Shown: piece after piece, positions 60,327-64,000 of the stretch
How positions within the stretch are numbered: the stretch's first letter is position 1
Layout: every line of letters begins with the position of its first letter
Assembly (NCBI GenBank): GCA_010909165.1
Contig: MU008169.1
Coordinates: 2,191,143-2,255,142 of the forward strand
DNA from: Anthoceros angustus
Taxonomy: Eukaryota; Plantae; Anthocerotophyta
Reading direction: 5' to 3'
Length of the DNA stretch: 64,000 nucleotides
Notes under the pieces: generated by a model
What the model saw: the letters and a program-made list of their open reading frames with translations, nothing else
Databases searched by the model: none
Told to the model about the DNA's origin: nothing
Program-made: the position numbers and the translations under genes

Positions 60327-62045
60327 ACGAGGTGGAACGGCGAGGATGAGCAACTTAACAAACCACTTCTTGTTAGGCTTTCCTAAGGTGCAACGCTAAG
60401 GTGGGCAACTCAACCAACCACTTAGATGATGGCTCCTTTATAGATGACCTTGAATACTAGATACTACAGGATATTTGATATTTCCTTTCTAGCATCTTCA
60501 AATTGTTTTTCTTGTGATAGGTACTATAAATGGATATTTGATATTTCCTTTATGGCACGTTCAAGTTGTTTTTCTTGTAATACATACTATTAATGGATAT
60601 ATGATATTTCCTTTCCAAAGATGTTCTAATTGTTTTTCTTGTGGTAGCGATATTATATTTATATTTGGTATTTTCTTTTGTGGTATCTTTGAATTTCTTT
60701 CACGCTGCTCGTATTGGTCCATCTTAGTAACAAAATGGCATGGTTGTGCAACTTAATAATTAAGTCTCCTCACCTTGCCTTCTTAATGTACAACATGTCA
60801 ATTGGAGAACTAAACTACACCAAATGCTGTAGGAATAGAAGTTGATGTGGGAAATAGTTACCACACGTGATTAGACAAAGGCATTTGTTTCGTTCCTTGA
60901 TGAACTTTGTGACGTGAACTAAGCAATGTCATGCCTAACACTTCAGCCCAAATGTGGTAACATGGTCATAGTTTTAACCTTATCAATGTTATGAATTGCG
61001 TACAAACTTACGTCAACTTAAGGCTGGCCTTGATTGCCACGAAACCTTTTATGTTGAAGCTCACGATGGCCTCCCAAACTGCTTCTTACTAAGGGCTGTC
61101 CATGGCATTCAAACCTTCATCAAAAGGAGCCATTCAGATATCTAGTTTCACGAAATCTTTATCAAGGTGCCCAATATTGCAAGGCGCAAGCGGCAATTAG
61201 GAGACCCCAATACTTTAGTGTAGATGAGACCATCCAATTTGTACACTTTACATAAAGAACTACTCATCATATTATGATTTCAAGGATGATTTCAAGGACT
61301 ATCAAACTACGAGAGAAACAAACCTAGACTTGTAGGATAAGAGGTTAGTCGTAGAGACTTTGCGTTGTGGAATAGGGTTTGACCTACTTTGGGCTTTTCT
61401 TGTGAATACATAAGCATTGGGATTCTCATCTTATCTCCATTTTCAAATTTCATGGCCAAACGGAAAAAACATGACTACAATAATATAAATTAAACCACTA
61501 GCACAACAAAGATTAAGGCATAATAAAGAAAAAAAGAATAAAACATAAAACATAAAACAAAACAAAACCTCAAACAACAAAACAATAGAGAGAACCTTGT
61601 GCATCTTTTGAATCTTTAGACATTTGGCTTGGGCTCACTCCAAGTGCACACCATACCACTTTCATGCAAAGCGAATCAAGAAGAGCATCGGTCAAGGAAG
61701 ATATTATTGTGCCAAATGTCTAAGAAACAAAGTCTTGTAGGATTCCCATAGCGAGAGTATAGTCTTAGGATTGACCACGAGTGAAAGGTTGATCAAACAA
61801 GTTTGCACACCAAAATCACAAAAGCCCTAACACTCTAAATGTTTGTACACGTGCGGATTGTGAGAATGACCTTCTTTTTAGGAAGGCTCAAAATTGGATA
61901 AAATTGAGAATCATGTTTGTGCACACGTAAACAAGACCTAAACTATTCAAAATGGTCTTTTTAGTGCGGATTTTTAGCATGCAATTTGGGGTTTGCAAGT
62001 GTGCAAAAGGTTCTGGAGAAACCCCTCACGCATCGGTAGAAACCC

Positions 62046-62487
62046 ATGGGAGTTAATGATATCGATCCCCTTGCTCCTTCTTGTCTGGTGGTAACACAAT
62101 ATCGGCGATGCTCGCCGTGCATTGAACTTGAGAATTTATGGTCTTGGTAATGACATTGTTGCACCACTTGTGGCTGCAAAGGAGTTTCTCAATAGGCTAG
62201 AGGTCGATGTGGTCGTTGCTCGAGCCTTGCTTGGAAAGGATGGTAGAGACCGCATTGATTATGACTTTTCACTCCATGGATGATCGCCTCCAGTTATGAA
62301 GGCTAGGTCTATGTTACGGACGACTCGTTATATATCAATCGATCTTACACCATTGCAATGGAAGATTAAGAAGGAGAAGTTACCGCTTTCGAGTCTTGTC
62401 CGCAAGTCAACGGCTTTCTTTCATGGGGATGAATTTGTGGTGTTTAGCCCTCGTTCATGCATTTCATTAACATTATTGATTGATTGA
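62046..62487 (+). pseudogene. LINE-1 ORF1p-like gene, second full-length copy (frameshifted)
   Basis: Homologous to 57922-58353; ORF 62296-62487 gives DLTPLQWKIKKEKLP. Confidence 0.68.
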
Positions 62488-62608
62488 AGATTATTTGTCT
62501 TGTTTGAATTTTACCTTTGCATTCGTCTAGACCATTTTACCGCAATCTATGTAGTTGCCATATTTCAATCCTATGACGAAGATCCGTCCTTAGTGGACTT
62601 GAATAAAT

Positions 62609-62760
62609 TTCTTCTTCTTCTTCATCTTCTTCATCTTCTTCTTGTTGTTCTTGTTGTTGTTCTTCTTCTTCTTCTTCTTCTTCTTCTTCTTCTTCTTCTT
62701 CTTCTTCTTCTTCTTCTTCTTCATCTTCTTCTTCTTCTTCATCTTCTTCTTCTTCCTCTT
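62609..62760. repeat. (CTT)n microsatellite of unit Y
   Basis: Seen directly. Confidence 0.95.
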
Positions 62761-62963
62761 ACAAGTTATTAATTGTATTTAGAAAACTATGAAACTTCTT
62801 CACCTCTAGGTATTGTATGTATACATGTTTAGTATAGTGATTATTTTTCACTAGCATAGTAAATAAAAATATTTATTTAATTATTTATGTATGCTATTCT
62901 TTGCAACAACAAAGAAACATACAACCATATTACATACATATCAGGCCCTTCTTGTTTCCACCT

Positions 62964-63958
62964 TTAAATTTGCATACAGCCTAAATTGTGCTAACATGAA
63001 GTCTTGCGATATGCAATCTCGCATCACTTGACCATGGTACACATCTAGCTCCGCATCCAAGACCTCTGCACTTTTGACTATGGCGGAGGTGGCTACCTCT
63101 TCCTATAACATGTGCCGCCACACTCCCATTTGGGGTCGTTGGTTTGCCGCTTGTATTATCATTCGCATCCTACAATGGAGCCAACAAAACAAAACAAAAC
63201 AAAACCTAGACTTGTAGGATAAGAGGTTAGTCGAGAGACTTTGCGTTGTGGAATTTCTATCCTCAAGAGCAGAACTGTGTTTACTCTTCCTCTTCTTCTT
63301 GTTTCCACCTTTAAATTTGCTGTGGCGCGTGTACAAAGAGCTTTTGATGGAAACGGCAGCCCCGGTTTCATCACAACTCAAGCCGCCACACTCCCATTTG
63401 GGGTCGTTGGTTTGCTTGTATTATCATTCGCATATCAATTGCCTCAATGGTCATTGGTTTGCCATCAAGATCCAAGTGGTTGTTTGGCTTAGTGGTTCGG
63501 AGCTTTGGTAGAGAACCACAATCGTTAGGGTTGCAACAAAGTCGTGGCTCAAGTATCACAAAGTTAGAGACTTCAACTTAAACTGTGAGACAAGATCAAA
63601 CAACAAAATCCAAATGTAAAATTGAAGTTCAAAACCGCCCAATCATATATCGACAAGCTAGGCACAAGTAACACTAAATATGCACAAGTTCCACTAAGTA
63701 CTTAAGCATCTAACCGGCACACCAAAGTGTGTAGTTACAAACCTTGGAGGTTAAGTAGGGTGCGACGTCTTGCTATCTCAGAAGTCGTGTCAACACCTCC
63801 GAGCCTCGAGAACCTCTCGCCCTTGGCAACAGCGTCCGCATTGGATGACGAGCACCGCCACGCCTTGCTTTCTTTTTATTGAGCTTGATCAAGTCATCAA
63901 GACTCAATTGCCTTCCTTAGCGCAACGTTCCATACATATGGTGACCGCCACCGTGGCG
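62964..63958 (-). pseudogene. ALY/REF-like gene, third copy (rearranged; 5' end missing)
   Basis: SLDDLIKLNK at ~63875-63905, LDGKPMTIE at ~63445-63470, SAEVLDAELDVYH at ~63035-63075; scrambled insert at ~63165-63385. Confidence 0.6.
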
Positions 63959-64000
63959 GGCGTGGTAGAGGAAGGCGGCACGAGTGCCACCGCGATGCCG

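Larger units (their letters stand above)
57460..61600. repeat. Repeat unit Y (~4.1-kb period); next copy runs from ~61605 to the window end
   Basis: Homologous ATGs at 57922 and 62046 (4124 bp apart); same order of ORF1-like gene, CTT array and ALY-like gene. Confidence 0.75.

Noticed and set aside
1-64000. rRNA, tRNA or other structured RNA genes
   Set aside because: None recognised; tRNA complementarity is limited to the short PBS motifs.

Overview
Eukaryotic, most likely land-plant, repeat-rich DNA. No prokaryotic features, rRNA, tRNA or CRISPR. About 70% of the window is two distinct non-chromovirus (Athila-like) Ty3/gypsy LTR-retrotransposon families. Family A (1-17888) is arranged LTR-internal-LTR-internal-LTR fragment. 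Family B (22751-51193) is one element with very long LTRs. In both families the LTR itself holds a homologous accessory ORF behind a shared TATA module. The remainder is an unassigned segment X (17900-22750, repeated as a mosaic at 51225-57380) and a ~4.1-kb repeat unit Y (best copy ~57460-61600). Y carries a LINE-ORF1p-like RRM gene (+) converging on an ALY/REF (THO4)-like mRNA-export-adaptor gene (-) with three N-terminal UAP56-binding motifs. Major caveat: all copies carry dense 1-3-bp indels, and many junctions join distant segments at 9-10-bp microhomologies. This looks like noisy or graph-derived consensus (or synthetic) sequence, so frames, copy numbers and duplications need checking against reads. 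Protein assignments come from manual motif recognition across frameshifts, not from database searches.
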